Shown here piece by piece: positions 36,554-49,677 of a stretch of DNA of 64,000 nucleotides (its first letter is position 1; every line of letters begins with the position of its first letter). The stretch comes from Octopus vulgaris. Its lineage: Eukaryota. Made by a program: the position numbers and the translations under genes. Location of the stretch: NCBI GenBank assembly GCA_951406725.2, contig OX597821.1, positions 6,200,001-6,264,000 of the forward strand, written 5' to 3'. Under the pieces are notes generated by a model that saw nothing but the letters and a program-made list of their open reading frames with translations, did not search any database and was not told the origin of the DNA.

Positions 36554-37398
36554 GTTAGTTACTGTCATCTACATTGATATCTGAGTTACATCTGCATTGT
36601 AGCAGGTTGCACTCATGCAGCACATGTACACACACACACACATACACACACACACACATACATGGTCAAACACACACAAACACATATATATGTACTCATG
36701 AATGCAAACACGCATGAAGCAATAAAGTCTCTATGTCTTTGTTCAGTTTACTAGAAATAGCAGCCAAATCTCCCTACTGCCCTTAAAAATGGAACGACAC
36801 ATCAGATAATGTTGTCTTTGATACACTGTGCTTGGCAAAGTGAAACGATTGGATAGGCAAGCCTGAAAAGCCCTTCATCATAGGTTAGCCTGATCAAGAC
36901 TGACCTGGGACTTAATAACTACAGTTTACAAATGCATGTATATATACTCACTATCTATGTAGTGTTTTACAAATTCACACAAAAACACACTCCTCTATTC
37001 ACACCAAATGCACTAGTATATACTAATATACACCAATAAACTAGTGTATAATGTAGTGCACAATAGTTGTGTATAATAGTTGTGTATAATCACCATCCAA
37101 TACATGCTAGCATGGAAAAACAGACTTTAACCCTTTAGCATTTAAGCTGGCCATATCTGGCCAAAATATTTTGCTTGTTTTATGTTCAAATCAGCCAGTT
37201 TCAGCTTTTCACACCTACCCTACAATGTTGGTCTGAAAATAAGCAATCACATCATGGAAATGTCAAGGCTACAAGATAATGCAGGGTAAATTTGAAACAA
37301 TGTGAATAAATATTGTTATCTGAATGCTTAAAAGCTTAAATGTTGATGATGATAATGATGATGATGTTATTCACGTAAACACACTAAAGTACTGATAA

Positions 37399-37805
37399 AG
37401 GCGCAGGAGTGGCTGTGTGGTAAGTAGCTTGCTAACCAACCACATGGTTCCGGGTTCAGTCCCACTGCGTGGCACCTTGGGCAAGTGTCTTCTGCTATAG
37501 CCCCGGGCCGACCAATGCCTTGTGAGTGGATTTGGTAGACGGAAACTGAAAGAAGCCTGTCATATATATGTATATATATATATATAAGTGTTTGTGTGTC
37601 TGTGTTTGTCCCCCTAGCATTGCTTCACAACCGATGCTGGTGTGTTTACGTCCCCGTCACTTAGCGGTTCGGCAAAAGAGACTGATAGAATAAGTACTGG
37701 GCTTACAAAAGAATAAGTTTCGGGGTCGATTTGCTCGACTAAAGGCGGTGCTCCAGCATGGCCTTAGTCAAATGACTGAAACAAGTAAAAGAGTAAAAAG
37801 AGAGT
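37399..37805 (+). mobile_element. SINE family A
   Basis: Full copy. Confidence 0.9.
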
Positions 37806-38184
37806 ATATAAATGCACTAATATATATTCACATAAACACATTAAACACACTAATGTATTCTCATAAATGCATTATTGCATTCAAATAAACACATATTCGT
37901 GTATCTATCTTCTAAGCAGCAAAGCAAAAGAAAAAAAAGATCATTAATGCTGCTAGCTCCTTTATGATCGCAGCTTGTTACCATTCACAAAGCTGTTACC
38001 ATTGCATGTTCAACTTTCCCAACACACACAGGGCTGTCCCCAAAATTTCAATTAACTGATCTTATTAGAGTTATCTCCCATTTCTCTATATTGACCATAA
38101 GCATTATAGATTTAACATCACAGCTTTAATTATCAACCCTTAAAATACTTTCATGTTTTACATGTTTCCTGTTTCCTACTGTAG

Positions 38185-38318
38185 AAAGACCTGACATGTG
38201 GCTACAGTTTGTCCATGTTTGAGGAAGCTGTGAAAGAAGTGTTGGAACTCGATCCGTTGTGCACAACGGCTAACCTCATGTATGGTATTGTCGAAGCCCT
38301 GAAGAACAAGGACTCAAA
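38185..38318 (+). CDS. TTC37: TTC37 exon 22
   Basis: tgtag|AAA...AA|gtaagt; KDLTCGYSLSMFEEAVKEVLELDPLCTTANLMYGIVEALKNKDS. Confidence 0.9.
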
Positions 38319-40044
38319 GTAAGTACCTTTTTTTTTATATTTTGTGCCAGTACCATGTGAAATGTGCTTGTTCTGAGGATGCATAAATGCACACGTCTGT
38401 GGCACGTGAAAACCACCCAGTACACCCTTGTAAAGTGGTTGGCATTAGGAAGGACATCCAGCCATAGAAACCAAACCAAAATAGATAAGTGGAGTCTGGC
38501 CGGCTTCCCATCTGGACAGCTTCCTGTCTGGCCAGTTTCCCTGTCTGGCCAGTTTCCCTGTCTGGCCAGCTCCTGTCAAACCATCCAACCCATGCCAGTA
38601 TGGAAAACAAAATGTGAAACAGAGATGATGATGAGGCGATTGGGCATGGCCATTTGGATGCTGATGATTTGACATGTCTGACATTCAACCTGTTTTGATG
38701 GAAGTACTTTTTGGTACAGGGGGGCAAATGCACACACACACACACACACGAGAAATATACAGTGTGAGAGACATATTCATTCAGACATAACTAGATGCTT
38801 ATACACATGAACAAAGAAAGAGAGAGAGAGAGAGAGAATGAGATGAAGGGACATTAAAGCAAGGCTACAAATTTGCTTTGGGGACAATGTGTTATAACTG
38901 ATTAATATTCATAGGGTACTTTTTTTATCTTAGAAAAGATAGAGTCATGGCTGTGTGGTTAACAGTTTTGCTTTGCAGCCTTGTGGTTTCCAGTTTGATT
39001 CCACTCCACAGCACTTTGGGCAAGGATTTGGTACATGGAATCTGATTGAAGCCCATCATGTGTATGTGTGTGAGTGCTTGTTCATGTCCCTTTGTCTTGA
39101 CATGACACTAATTGTAAACAAACAATACTTATACAAGTCGTGTTGTCCATCTACGCTTTTCCATTTAAAATACGTCTGGCTTTTGGTTCTGTTTTTGTTT
39201 GAAAGACTAACACAAACATTGATTTCAAATATAGGCACAAGACCAGTAATTTTGAGACGGGGCTAGTTGATTCCATCGACCCCAGTTCTCAGTTGGTACT
39301 TATTTTATTGACCTTGAAAGGATGAAAGGCAAAGTCAACCTTGATGGAATTTGAACCCAGAATATAACCGTCGATGCTGCTAAGCATTTTGCCTGGCTAA
39401 CAATTCTGCCAGCTTGCCACTTTATCTAACACAAATATTGATTTCAAATATTGGCAGAAGACCAGCAGTTTCAGGGAATGGCGCTAGTCAATCACATCGA
39501 CCCCAGTTTTCAGCTGGTACTTTATCAACCCTGAAAGGCTGAAAGGTAAAGTCGACCTCAACGGAATTTGAACTCAGAACATAAACGTGGATGAAATGCT
39601 GCCAAGCATTTTGCTTGCCATTTTGAAGGCGGCGAGCTGGTAGAAATGTTAGCATACCAGGTGAAATGCTTAGTAGTATTTCGTTTGCTGCTACATTCTG
39701 AGTTCAAATTCTGCCAAGGTCGACTTTGCCTTTCATCCTTTTGGGGTTGATTAAATAAGTACCAGTTACGCACTGAGGTCGATGTAATTGACTTAATCCC
39801 TTTGTCTGTCCTTGTTTGCCCCTCTATGTTTAGCCCCTTGTGGGCAATAAAGAAATAAGCATTTTGCCTGTGATGCTAATGATTCTACTTGCTTGCCATA
39901 TGGAAAATCTCCCTCCATGAATTTAGTCTGACCCCTGCAAGCATAGTAAAGTGGATGTTAAACAATGATGAGGAGGAGGATGATGGTGCTGTTGATGTTG
40001 ATGTTGCTGTTGTCTATTCTTCTCTTCCTTGTCCTTTATTACAG

Positions 40045-40180
40045 AGCAGCTCCTGATTTCCTGAAACAAGTGATCAATGATGATAAAATCACTGGAGGGT
40101 TGTCCTTTGCTGCATCTCTTGCCCGTCAGCATCTCTTGAAGCTCATTCACAAGAAAAACAACTCGGATTCTGAAATAAAG
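40045..40180 (+). CDS. TTC37: TTC37 exon 23
   Basis: tacag|A...AAG|gtatgt; AAPDFLKQVINDDKITGGLSFAASLARQHLLKLIHKKNNSDSEIK. Confidence 0.9.
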
Positions 40181-40520
40181 GTATGTGTAATATGAACTAA
40201 AGAAACCCTCTGTATGTATGTGTGTGTGTGTGTGTGTGGTATTGTGTTTGCATGTGTGTATGTTGCACATTGTGTTGTGTGTATGTGCATGTATGTATAA
40301 TTCTTTATGGGGGTCTATATGTCTCTGCATGTATTCATGTGTATATCACTGCATACATTCATGTGTGCATGTGTATGTATGTATGTATATGAAGGGCATC
40401 CAGCCATAGAAACATTGCCAGATCAGACTGGACCTGGTGCAGCCTTCTGGCTTCGCAGACCCCAGTTGCACCGTCCAACCCATGCCATCATGGAAAGCGG
40501 ACCCTAAACGATGATGATGA

Positions 40521-40555
<35 letters not shown>

Positions 40556-41010
40556 AGCAAACTGAGGAAAACAAATCCTTCAAAGAGGTGTGTTAAACAC
40601 CCAATTCACTGGTACATCAGTTGGATACCATATAAACATTGGTATAATTCAATTATAAAGATAGATTAAATATAGAGATATGCTATTGACAATCCAATAA
40701 TTCATTTTTATTACAATATGACATTAAATACTATGAATATAACATAACATGATATTATATAACATAAATAATTATAAAAACCATAAAAGGTTTCGACTTA
40801 TAGTTTTTCTGATATACTTAATCACAGTTCCATTATATATAAAGTCACTTCAGCTTCAAGAGTTTTGTGTATTGGAACTTATCAAATGTATGAATCTCTT
40901 GGACATTGAGTCACTCTGTTAATTCTGCTAAATATTAATAAAAATTTATATATATATACTCATGTTTTTTTTAGTTCTATTTTTTCTGTTTGCATCAAAA
41001 TACTTGTATA

Positions 41011-41401
41011 TCTTTATATATAAAAGGGAGGTTGTGTGCTGTCTGTCTCCTACAATTTAGATTCCTTACTCCCACATTTTGCGGTGCAGTTTAACCAAAA
41101 CTGGGTATCTTATAGTCGTGATTCATATCGAGCCGTTCTGGGTATTAGCGCGCGTCTACGATGAGTCTGTTTAAAAAAAAAAATTTACCATCAATTTTTC
41201 CCATTTTTAATGCTTTTTTGGCATATATAAGGGAAGTAACTCTCTAAAAATTTATTAAATCTCAGAACGTAAAAAGCTACAGTAACCCCCTCCCCTTTGT
41301 GGTTAGCCATATCGAGATGGCTATTATACTTTTACATCTCTAAAAATGCTTATATAGTTATTTCCCTTACAAACCCGAGCAACGCCGGGCGATACTGCTA
41401 G
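41011..41401 (+). mobile_element. Non-autonomous Helitron (second copy)
   Basis: A|TCTTTATATATAAAAG...CCCGAGCAACGCCGGGCGATACTGCTAG|T; closely similar to 9654-10049. Confidence 0.88.
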
Positions 41402-41429
<28 letters not shown>

Positions 41430-41433
<4 letters not shown>

Positions 41434-41812
41434 ATGGTAAATATATTGTCATCTAAATCACGCAGAAATGAAAATAACACTGGCATCTCATTTTAACAGA
41501 TATATTTACTAAAATTACATAAAAATATCTTGAAATACTAAAGAGTAAATTGATTCTATAAAATCACCATTGGCTTCAACCATGGCCTCCAGACGACTTT
41601 GGAATCTCCTGCAAATCTTCTGGACGTTCTCCTTATTTAATTTGGTGAATGCTGCCATAATCCTTGCCTTCAGTTCATCTTTGGTATTACAAGGAGATTG
41701 AGATTAGTTGATCTCTCGCCCAACTGCACCCCACACATAACAATCAAGGGGGTTGCAGTCTGGGGAGTTAGGTAGCCGGATGTTAGGAGTGATGGTGGTC
41801 ACAGAAATTGTT
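41430..41812 (-). pseudogene. Tc1/mariner (maT/DD37D-like) transposase 3' fragment
   Basis: - strand reads PNSPDCNPLDCYVWGAV...CNTKDELKARIMAAF...CRRFQSRLEAMVEANGDFIE with a stop and frameshifts. Confidence 0.85.
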
Positions 41813-41864
41813 ATTTGTTTATAAAATGTCTGATCTGTTTTCCTCTTCTTCTCTGTATTTTCAG

Positions 41865-41939
41865 TGCTTGCTGGCAGACGCTCATCTTTACAATGATACC
41901 CATACTATTGGAGTGTTTAAGACATTGTCTGTCAAATAA
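41865..41939 (+). CDS. TTC37: TTC37 terminal coding exon (24)
   Basis: ttcag|TGC...TAA; CLLADAHLYNDTHTIGVFKTLSVK*, similar in length and pattern to the human C-terminus as I recall it. Confidence 0.88.
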   Translation, partial: CLLADAHLYNDTHTIGVFKTLSVK

Positions 41940-43165
41940 GGAAGGATTTACTTTGAAAGACATTCACTTCTCAATGATTCTGTGCTTTGGAACATCCCCC
42001 ACCCCAAAGAAAAGACTGTGGAAACAGATGAAGTAAAAAAAACAACAAAATGGAACAAAAAAAAAACAAATAAAACAACAAAAAACCTTCCTGCTGCAAA
42101 AAAATGACACAAAAATGAGAGATTAATTTGTTATTAACTAAATTTCTCTTCGTATTTTTTAAATATGTGAGTGTGTGTGTGTGTGTATGTGTGTGTGTGT
42201 TTGGGTGGGTGTGCACATATATGTGTATGTACACACACACACATATATACACACACACACGTGTATAAACACAAGCACATGCACACATAAATTATAAATA
42301 AATTTTAATCTAATCCTGAATTGCCAGGTTCAAACCCCAACCCTGTTACCCCGAAAGTCTTGTCAATTATTTGATTTTTTTCTGTGCTGTTGTGGGTTCA
42401 GGTATAATTCTGACATTAACAACGTTTTTATTTTTATTATTTTTGGAGTGTTTGTACATGTGTGTGTGAGTGTGTGTGAGTGTTTGTTGTGTGTTTGTTG
42501 TTTGCTGTGTGGCATTTTCAGCAAATGTGTGTGTGCATGTGTGTGTTTTTTCTCATTACTTCAGGTAGACCAATACCTTCTGAATGAAATTTGGTAGATG
42601 GACACTGTGCAGATGCCTGTTGTATGTGTGTGTGTGTGTGTGTACACACATGTATCATCATCATCATCATTTGCTCTCATACCAGCATGGGTTGGCTAGT
42701 CAAACCGTCCAACCCATGCCATCATGGAAAACGGATGTTTAAGGATGATGATGATCATCATATACATCGATGATGATAATACATATATGTATGTGTGTAT
42801 ACATATACATAAATGTGCATGTGTATGAATATATATATATATCTCCCTTTCTTGTTCTTCTTCCTTTCTGTCTTTCTCTCCCACCCTTTTCCTATTCTTC
42901 TCTCCCCTTCACCATCCCTCTCTCTCTCTCTCTCTCTCTCTCTTGCTCACTCTTCCTTGATTCTCTTGTTGCTCACACGTGACCAACGGCCATCCATCTT
43001 TCTTTCTTCCACTTCCTTCCCAAAGACAAGATGTGCTTTTATCTGTGTCTTCTCAAAGCTCGTTTTTCCAGCATTCATTACTTCACATCGTCTTGGCTTA
43101 ACAGCCCTCACCATTTTCTTTTACTGGTTTGTTCTTACTGTCCTGTATATATACGCACATGTATG

Positions 43166-43196
<31 letters not shown>

Positions 43197-44598
43197 TTCT
43201 GTGACCACTCTGTCAGGTTTTCGCCATGATAGATCGCTAGCCACTTTACCTTTTTCTGTTTTCTCTCCCTGTTTATTTCTGTGTTCCTTTCTGTCGAAGA
43301 GCATAGGCTTGAAACGTAAAAGACTTTCTCACTTCCCGAACGTTAAACTAATACATCTGTTTGTTGTTTACACTCCCGTCTTCGTCTTTTGTTTTCTTTT
43401 TGTAAATTCTCACTCTCTATATAGATATATATACATACACATGCAGACATGTATGTATGTGAGTGTCTATACATACATACACACACAGACATGTATGTAT
43501 GTTAGTGTGTGTAAACATACCTACACACACACACACAATCATACACATACACACATGTGAGTATAGCTGTGAGAGATTCCCAATAAATTGGTGCATTGTA
43601 CAAGATTATCTTTTGGTATTTATTGAGTGTGAGTTATGGCCCTTGATGCTGAGGTGGTCTTATCCATTCAATAAATAAACAAGTGATGGAAAGGTACCAG
43701 ATAAAATACCCAGAGTCAGTGTCATCAACTAAAACCTTCGAAGGTGGTACTCCAGCATGGCCACTATCCAGTAACTGAAACCAGTAAAAGAAGATATTTT
43801 TCTCTTTCTTTTGCTTGTTTTGGTAATGCAGAGTAAAATTGTAATTTTCAGTTTGTTTTTGTATCTGGTTTGCAAGATTCTTTATGTGAATTTGTGTGTT
43901 GAAACAAATTTTGTTGTATCTGGGGAGAGTCGTTATACCAATATCATTAACACATGCACTGGTTTGATTCCGCTCCTTTATCAATAGTTAATTAGTTAAA
44001 TATCCAACTAACTGATCGATTGTTTGTAAGTCATTTGTTTGTCAAAGCTTTTTCGTTGCTACTTGCATGCACACACATGTTGAGGACAAGGTCCCAAGCA
44101 GACCAGCTCAGCCTCCGTAACAGACGAAGACAAAAGTCATTGAAAAGGTTGCAAGTAGCAACAAAAGAGCTTTGGCAAACAAACAAAAAAAGCACAAATG
44201 ATTTACTGTTTAACGAAGTTAAACAATTGATTAGTTAGGTGGATATTTAACCAGTTGACCAATAATGAAGAATTGGGATTAAATCAGTGCATTTGTTAAT
44301 AATATTGGCATAATGACTGTCCCAAGATGCAACAAAATTTGTAATATTAACTTTTTTGCAATTCTTTATTGCTCCACCCCCCTTCCTGCTTCCCAATCTC
44401 AAAATAATTAAAATTGAAAAAAAAAAAAAGGAAAATGAAATAAAAAATTCTCATGGATTGTGCAAATGCGAATGTTTTTAAGGATTTTAAGAACTGATTG
44501 TTACATGGACAGAAAAATATGAGTAAATATTTTTAATGCTTTATTTTTTTGTTTGTGTTAGATATATAATTCAGATATAATCTTAATTGCAAAATAAA
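41940..44598 (+). other. Putative TTC37 3' UTR, end uncertain
   Basis: Follows the stop codon; AATAAA candidates include 42069, 42297, 43582 and 44593. Sequence alone cannot say which is used. Confidence 0.4.
43905..44341. repeat. Long imperfect inverted repeat (fold-back/MITE-like)
   Basis: Arm 43905-44066 pairs with 44150-44341, e.g. TTGCTACTTGCA/TGCAAGTAGCAA, GTTAAATATCCA/TGGATATTTAAC, CAAATTTTGTTG/CAACAAAATTTG. Confidence 0.85.
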
Positions 44599-47289
44599 AT
44601 TTAATATATATATATATATATATATATATCTATATATTTGGTTATATCTCTTGATTTATTTATCTGCTTGTCTATTTATTATAAAACCTTGTAGCTACCA
44701 TTTGTTCCTAGGTCTACTCTTATGTAGAGTACAAGCACTTGCCCGGGTCCCAGCCTGTAGATAGAGGTCATCTGTGAATATGGAAATTTACAGTCCCAGA
44801 TCAAATCCCTGGTGGCCTTTTGGCAAAAATGTAACACCTGGTAACCATCCGAGACAGGGTTGTGTTGGGATCATGGAATACAGCATGGCAGATATGAACT
44901 ATTTTGGTAGATGATCTTACTGTGTCAATGGTGAATATCACTAGATGTTGAGCAGATTATCAGTCAACAAACTATTGATGGCCAGTACCAAGCCATCAGT
45001 CAGTGAACTATGGCCGTTATTTGATGTGACATACAGTTATTGAAAGACAAACATGATTTATTGGTCTAAGTAAAATTGCTGTCTTCCACATATATACGGG
45101 CTTGTCCTTCCAGGTGCCAGTGCCACTTAAAAAGCACTTGTGACAGTGCTGCATTAACACACCCATGCTGGTGACACGTAAAAAGAACCCAGCACACTGT
45201 GTGAAGTGGTTGGCATTAGGAAGGGCATCCAGCTGTAGAAACCATGCCACAACAGACAGTTGGAGTCTGGACAGCTCCCTGCATGGCCAGCTCCTTTCAA
45301 ACTATCCAACTAATGCTAGTATGGAAAGAAGACGTTAAATGATGAGGAATTATTGCATTCATTCACTCTCTGTGTATATATCTATTTGTCTCTAGCTTTG
45401 AAATGCATTTTGAGCATTGCCCAGCACTAGCACTTTCTTTTATGATGAAAAACAGTTGATCTCAGTGGGATTTGAACTTGGAACATAGTGTGCCAGAAGC
45501 AAATACTACAAAATATTTTGTCAATGTGCTAACAATCCCAACAATTCATTGTCCTGGATGGGTACTTATTTTATCAACTCCAGACAGATGGAAGGCAAAA
45601 TTGACCTCATTGGCATTTCAACTCAGAATGCTAAAAAGAGCTGCAACAAATGCTTTCAGGCATTTTGTCTGAAGGACGCATGATTTTCTATATTACAAGT
45701 TATTCTCTATATCAGCATTTATCAACTTTTTTACACTCAGGGGAGCTTCAAAATATATTCCATGCCTCAGGGAACCCATATGCAACGGTTATTATTATAT
45801 ATACTAGCTGGCCCCATGCCATAAAAAATGATAGTTAATTGTAGTATTTTATATATAAATATGGATGGTAAATCAAATTAATACACTGGTCAATGTTATC
45901 GAGTGATTGTCTTTTGAGATGTGACATCAATCGTTGTTTGTTACAAACATACACATACAAACATGCACATATTTCCTTGTACATGCACACACATACACAC
46001 ACACAGTTGAAACGCTCTTTGATTTTTGTTTTCAGTGTTGAATGTTCACCATCCCACTTCTATTGCACACACACACACGTCAGATCCACTCACAAGGCTT
46101 TGGTCGGCCTGAGGCTATAGTAGAAGACACTTGCCCAAGGTGTCACACAGTGGGACTGAACCCGGAACCATGTTGTTGGTAAGCAAGCTACTTACCACAA
46201 AGCCACTCCTGCGCCTATATATATATAATAGAATTAAGAAGATAGAATTAAACATATGACCCGAAAATGCATTTGTATGTAATCAGCCTATTTATCTCTA
46301 TTTCTCGTGCTACCCTTTGTGATCTATCACAGAACCCTAGTTACCTAGTTTCTTATTTTACACATATGTTGCTTTTATATAGTAAATTATGAATTGATAA
46401 ATTATTTTCTCTTCATAATATTGTTGGAATAGATGAGGAATTTTATAACAAAGCGTATCCTCCTTTTTATGGAACAGTCAAAAACGAAGGGCAGTATTTA
46501 TTACCCTTTTTCCAAGATTTTCGAAATCCGTGAGGGAAAGAGTGGACGAATATTTGCGAGAGATTCGTCTCGAAACGGCAGTTATTTCCCTTGAATTTTT
46601 TTCTCGCTAATTTAAAGGGGAATAACTCTAACGCTCCACCCACCCACCTCCGTCATCTTAGTGCTTTGCTGTTTTGATGTCACCCTGCTGAAACAGTTTG
46701 AACCATTTTGATTCCAGTCCACCCTGAGCCGCTCCTGGTTTCACGATACGAAATATGTTTTTAAAACGCTCATGTTGAAATGAGAAACCTTTTGTAATTT
46801 TATGTAAGAACTTTGCATTTTGTTTCAAACACCAATTTAATAACCACAAAGTTATTTTACGAAATTACCGTAAATTCTTGATTATTTTCAAAATTAATTA
46901 AAACATGCAGACAGTTTATATCACTGGAATATAGGAAGGCAAAAAGAATTTAAGAAGAAAAGCGTTACTGTGGTTATAAGCTAATGGTAAGGTAAACTTT
47001 CTCATCCAAATATGAATCCACTGCAGGTAATTTAAGGTAAAAACTAAACTCAGCACTTGAACCCATTACTTGTACTGAGAGCTTCTCTTTGGTTATTCGA
47101 TCGGGTGGTCACAAGAATGGCTGTATTAAGAAGTCTGCCTCAATCTTAGCAAATCCATGTTTGATTCTAAATGTAGTGAGCTGGTTAGATGGAAACATTT
47201 GACCTTCTATGAGAACCTCTCAGTCATTATCGAATGATTGCAGAAAACAGACCTCAAACATCAACCGATTCCATTACGAGAAACATGGT

Positions 47290-48379
47290 GTCAGAAATAT
47301 CAACATTGGTATGAAATGAACTGCAGATCAGGTGAGATTACAGAGATGGTGGAGGAGCATTGATAAGATATGCAAGGGCTGAGTCAGCCGGACTCTTCAC
47401 AGGCAAAGAGCATAGATACAAATGCTTCTGAGTTGGTAACAATACTGGTTTAGGTGAAATAGAGATACTGCTGGCAGCGAAATGGACAGAAAACATAATT
47501 GAAGCACCCAGAATTTGTGACAGAATAATTAATCTTGGGCTAATTGTTGGTAAAGCAATGGGAAGTATTATCTCTGTTAAATACATCACCAGCAGCAGCA
47601 GCAGCACAGGGAGGGAGTGTTCTGTTTGGGGTAGTTCTTGAGTTTGCTGCCTTCCCCTCCTACCCTCCCAAACCTATACAGCTGATCTAAAAGTGTCACA
47701 CCCATAAAACCATCACTTGGGACGAACTATCTCACCCATCAGCTGTTCTACTGATAACTCAAATTTCTTTTTTGTGAATGTTGCAAATTAACTTGATAAT
47801 AAATGATAGTTCATTATCTTGGCTGGTGACTTCAATGGACACGTTGGGCAGCACAATGATGGCAAATCTGGAGTACTTGACAACCATAGTCATAGATCTA
47901 GGAATGAAGAAGAATTAAGCTTCTGGAATTTTTTGACAAAAATGAATTAATGGTCTGGAATATGAACTTCAAGAAACCAGCCAACCACTTGGTCATTCTC
48001 CAATCAGATGGTCACTCTTCAATCAGATGAACGTGCAAACCCGACAGGTTCCATCCTCACCTAGAAATGGGATTGAGAAATGACTGTAATTATTAGGTCC
48101 TTCCACTGTGGAGAAACACTCAGTGTTGGCTACTGATAAAGTAGCTTTAGAATGAGAGCTGGACATACTGGGAAATGGATAAATGCTGGAGAAGGTGTAG
48201 AAACTGCAACAATAGGCGTGGGAGTGGCTGTGTGGTAAGCAGCTTGCTAACCAACCACATGGTTCCGGGTTCAGTCCCACTGTGTGGCATCTTGGGCAAG
48301 TGTCTTCTGCTATAGCCTCGGGCCGACCAAAGCCTTGTGAGCGGATTTGGTAGACGGAAACTGAAAGAAGCCTGTCGTA

Positions 48380-48466
<87 letters not shown>

Positions 48467-49677
48467 TTGTCTCCCTAGCATTGCTTGACAACCGATGCTG
48501 GTGTATTTACGTCCCCGTCACTTAGCAGTTCGGCAAAAGAGACCGATAGAATAAGTACTGGGCTTACAAAGAATAAGTCCTGGGGTTGATTTGCTCGACT
48601 AAAGGCGGTGCTCCAGCATGGCCACAGTCAAATGACTGAAACAAGTAAAAGAGTAAAGAGAGAGTATCCTCCTGCTAAATATATATCTAGAGCTGTTCTA
48701 CATGAAGTGCATAATGAAAAGGACGAGGAGATAGAAACCAAAAGCATTGAGGACAATTGAAAGCTCTGACGACACAACCTACCAAAAGCTTTAGATCATT
48801 CCTATGGCTGGAGCAATGTATCAGCTAGATGTAAAGTGACATAGTGATAGAATACCACATCAGATTGAGCAATAAAAGCTAAGAAGCAGTCATAGAAAGA
48901 CTAGAAGAAAATGAGTAGTAAAATACTATGTAGTGTAGTTAGCTAACATGAAAAAAAAAGCTGAAAGTTGGAGATTTACTTGTGTTCTGCAATGACAAGA
49001 TCAGCGGTGTGAGTGTTCTGACTTATGAAATAGTATATTAAGGTGAGTCAAGACATTGTTGAGGAAGAGTTTGCAATGACAGTAATGCACTTAAAGATGG
49101 AAAGGAAGAGGTTTGGAAGTGTTGTTAGAAGAGGATGATGACTGTGGAAAATGTATGGAAAGAAGTGGAACACTCCCAAGTATATTCAGTAGAAAGATTA
49201 GCTATATGGCCATATGACCACTAAAGATAAGATAGGGAAAACAAGGATCCTTCAGATGTAGTCAGTGATCCACTGAAAATATCTAGCAGAGTAGGGTCCA
49301 AGCTAGAAGTCATTCACATAATCGACCTAATAAAATAATTGTGATACTCTATGGTTAGCATAGTTGTATAATTGTCAGCTGTAGCAAAGGTGAAAAAGAT
49401 ACCTTGGAGAAAAGCAACTACAGAAACATAAAGCTGATGGGCCAGGCTATAAAGGTAATAAGGAGAGAGTTAGCATAGTTGATTAGGAAAAGAATCAGCT
49501 TAAATGAGGTGCAGTGGGGTCGGATTACTACCAATGCTCTTTTCAAAGTCAGACAATTATAAGAGAAATATTTAGTTAAGAGTAAATGTCTACTTAGCAT
49601 TTATTGCTCTGGAGAAAGTCTTTGATGGAGTACCATGACCTATTGTCTTGTGGACTTCCTGAAAACTAGGTGTGAGG
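47290..49677 (+). pseudogene. Degenerate RTE-clade LINE (AP endonuclease plus start of RT)
   Basis: TGKEHRYKCF*VGN..LLAAKW..CDRII, ILAGDFNGHVG..RNEE, KKPANHLV, KG..SNYRNIKL, TTNALFKVRQL*EKY, AFIALEKVFDGVP; many stops and frameshifts. Confidence 0.85.
48214..48664 (+). mobile_element. SINE family A, inside an RTE LINE relic
   Basis: Full copy. Confidence 0.9.

Larger units (their letters stand above)
627..41939 (+). other. TTC37: TTC37/SKIC3 (SKI3) gene, 3' portion: 24 coding exons, 5' end lies upstream of the window
   Basis: 24 exons with AG acceptors and GT (one GC) donors join in consistent phase into one ORF ending in TAA. Peptides such as WHDLGV, LDPQNFQHWNALGV, LAQHCF, WTNLGALYL, AHEAF-AQSLDP-Y-CWIGQA and MDLFRHTTEL are colinear with human TTC37 as I recall it. 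Confidence 0.95.

Noticed and set aside
40560-40930. Possible further hammerhead/Penelope remnants (CTGATG and GTTTCG motifs; similar hints near 1340-1370 and 31095-31120)
   Set aside because: Too degenerate to assign stems or core positions by eye.
46450-46770. Locally CpG-enriched stretch that might be a promoter
   Set aside because: Short and AT-rich overall, with no downstream exon identified; a repeat origin cannot be excluded.
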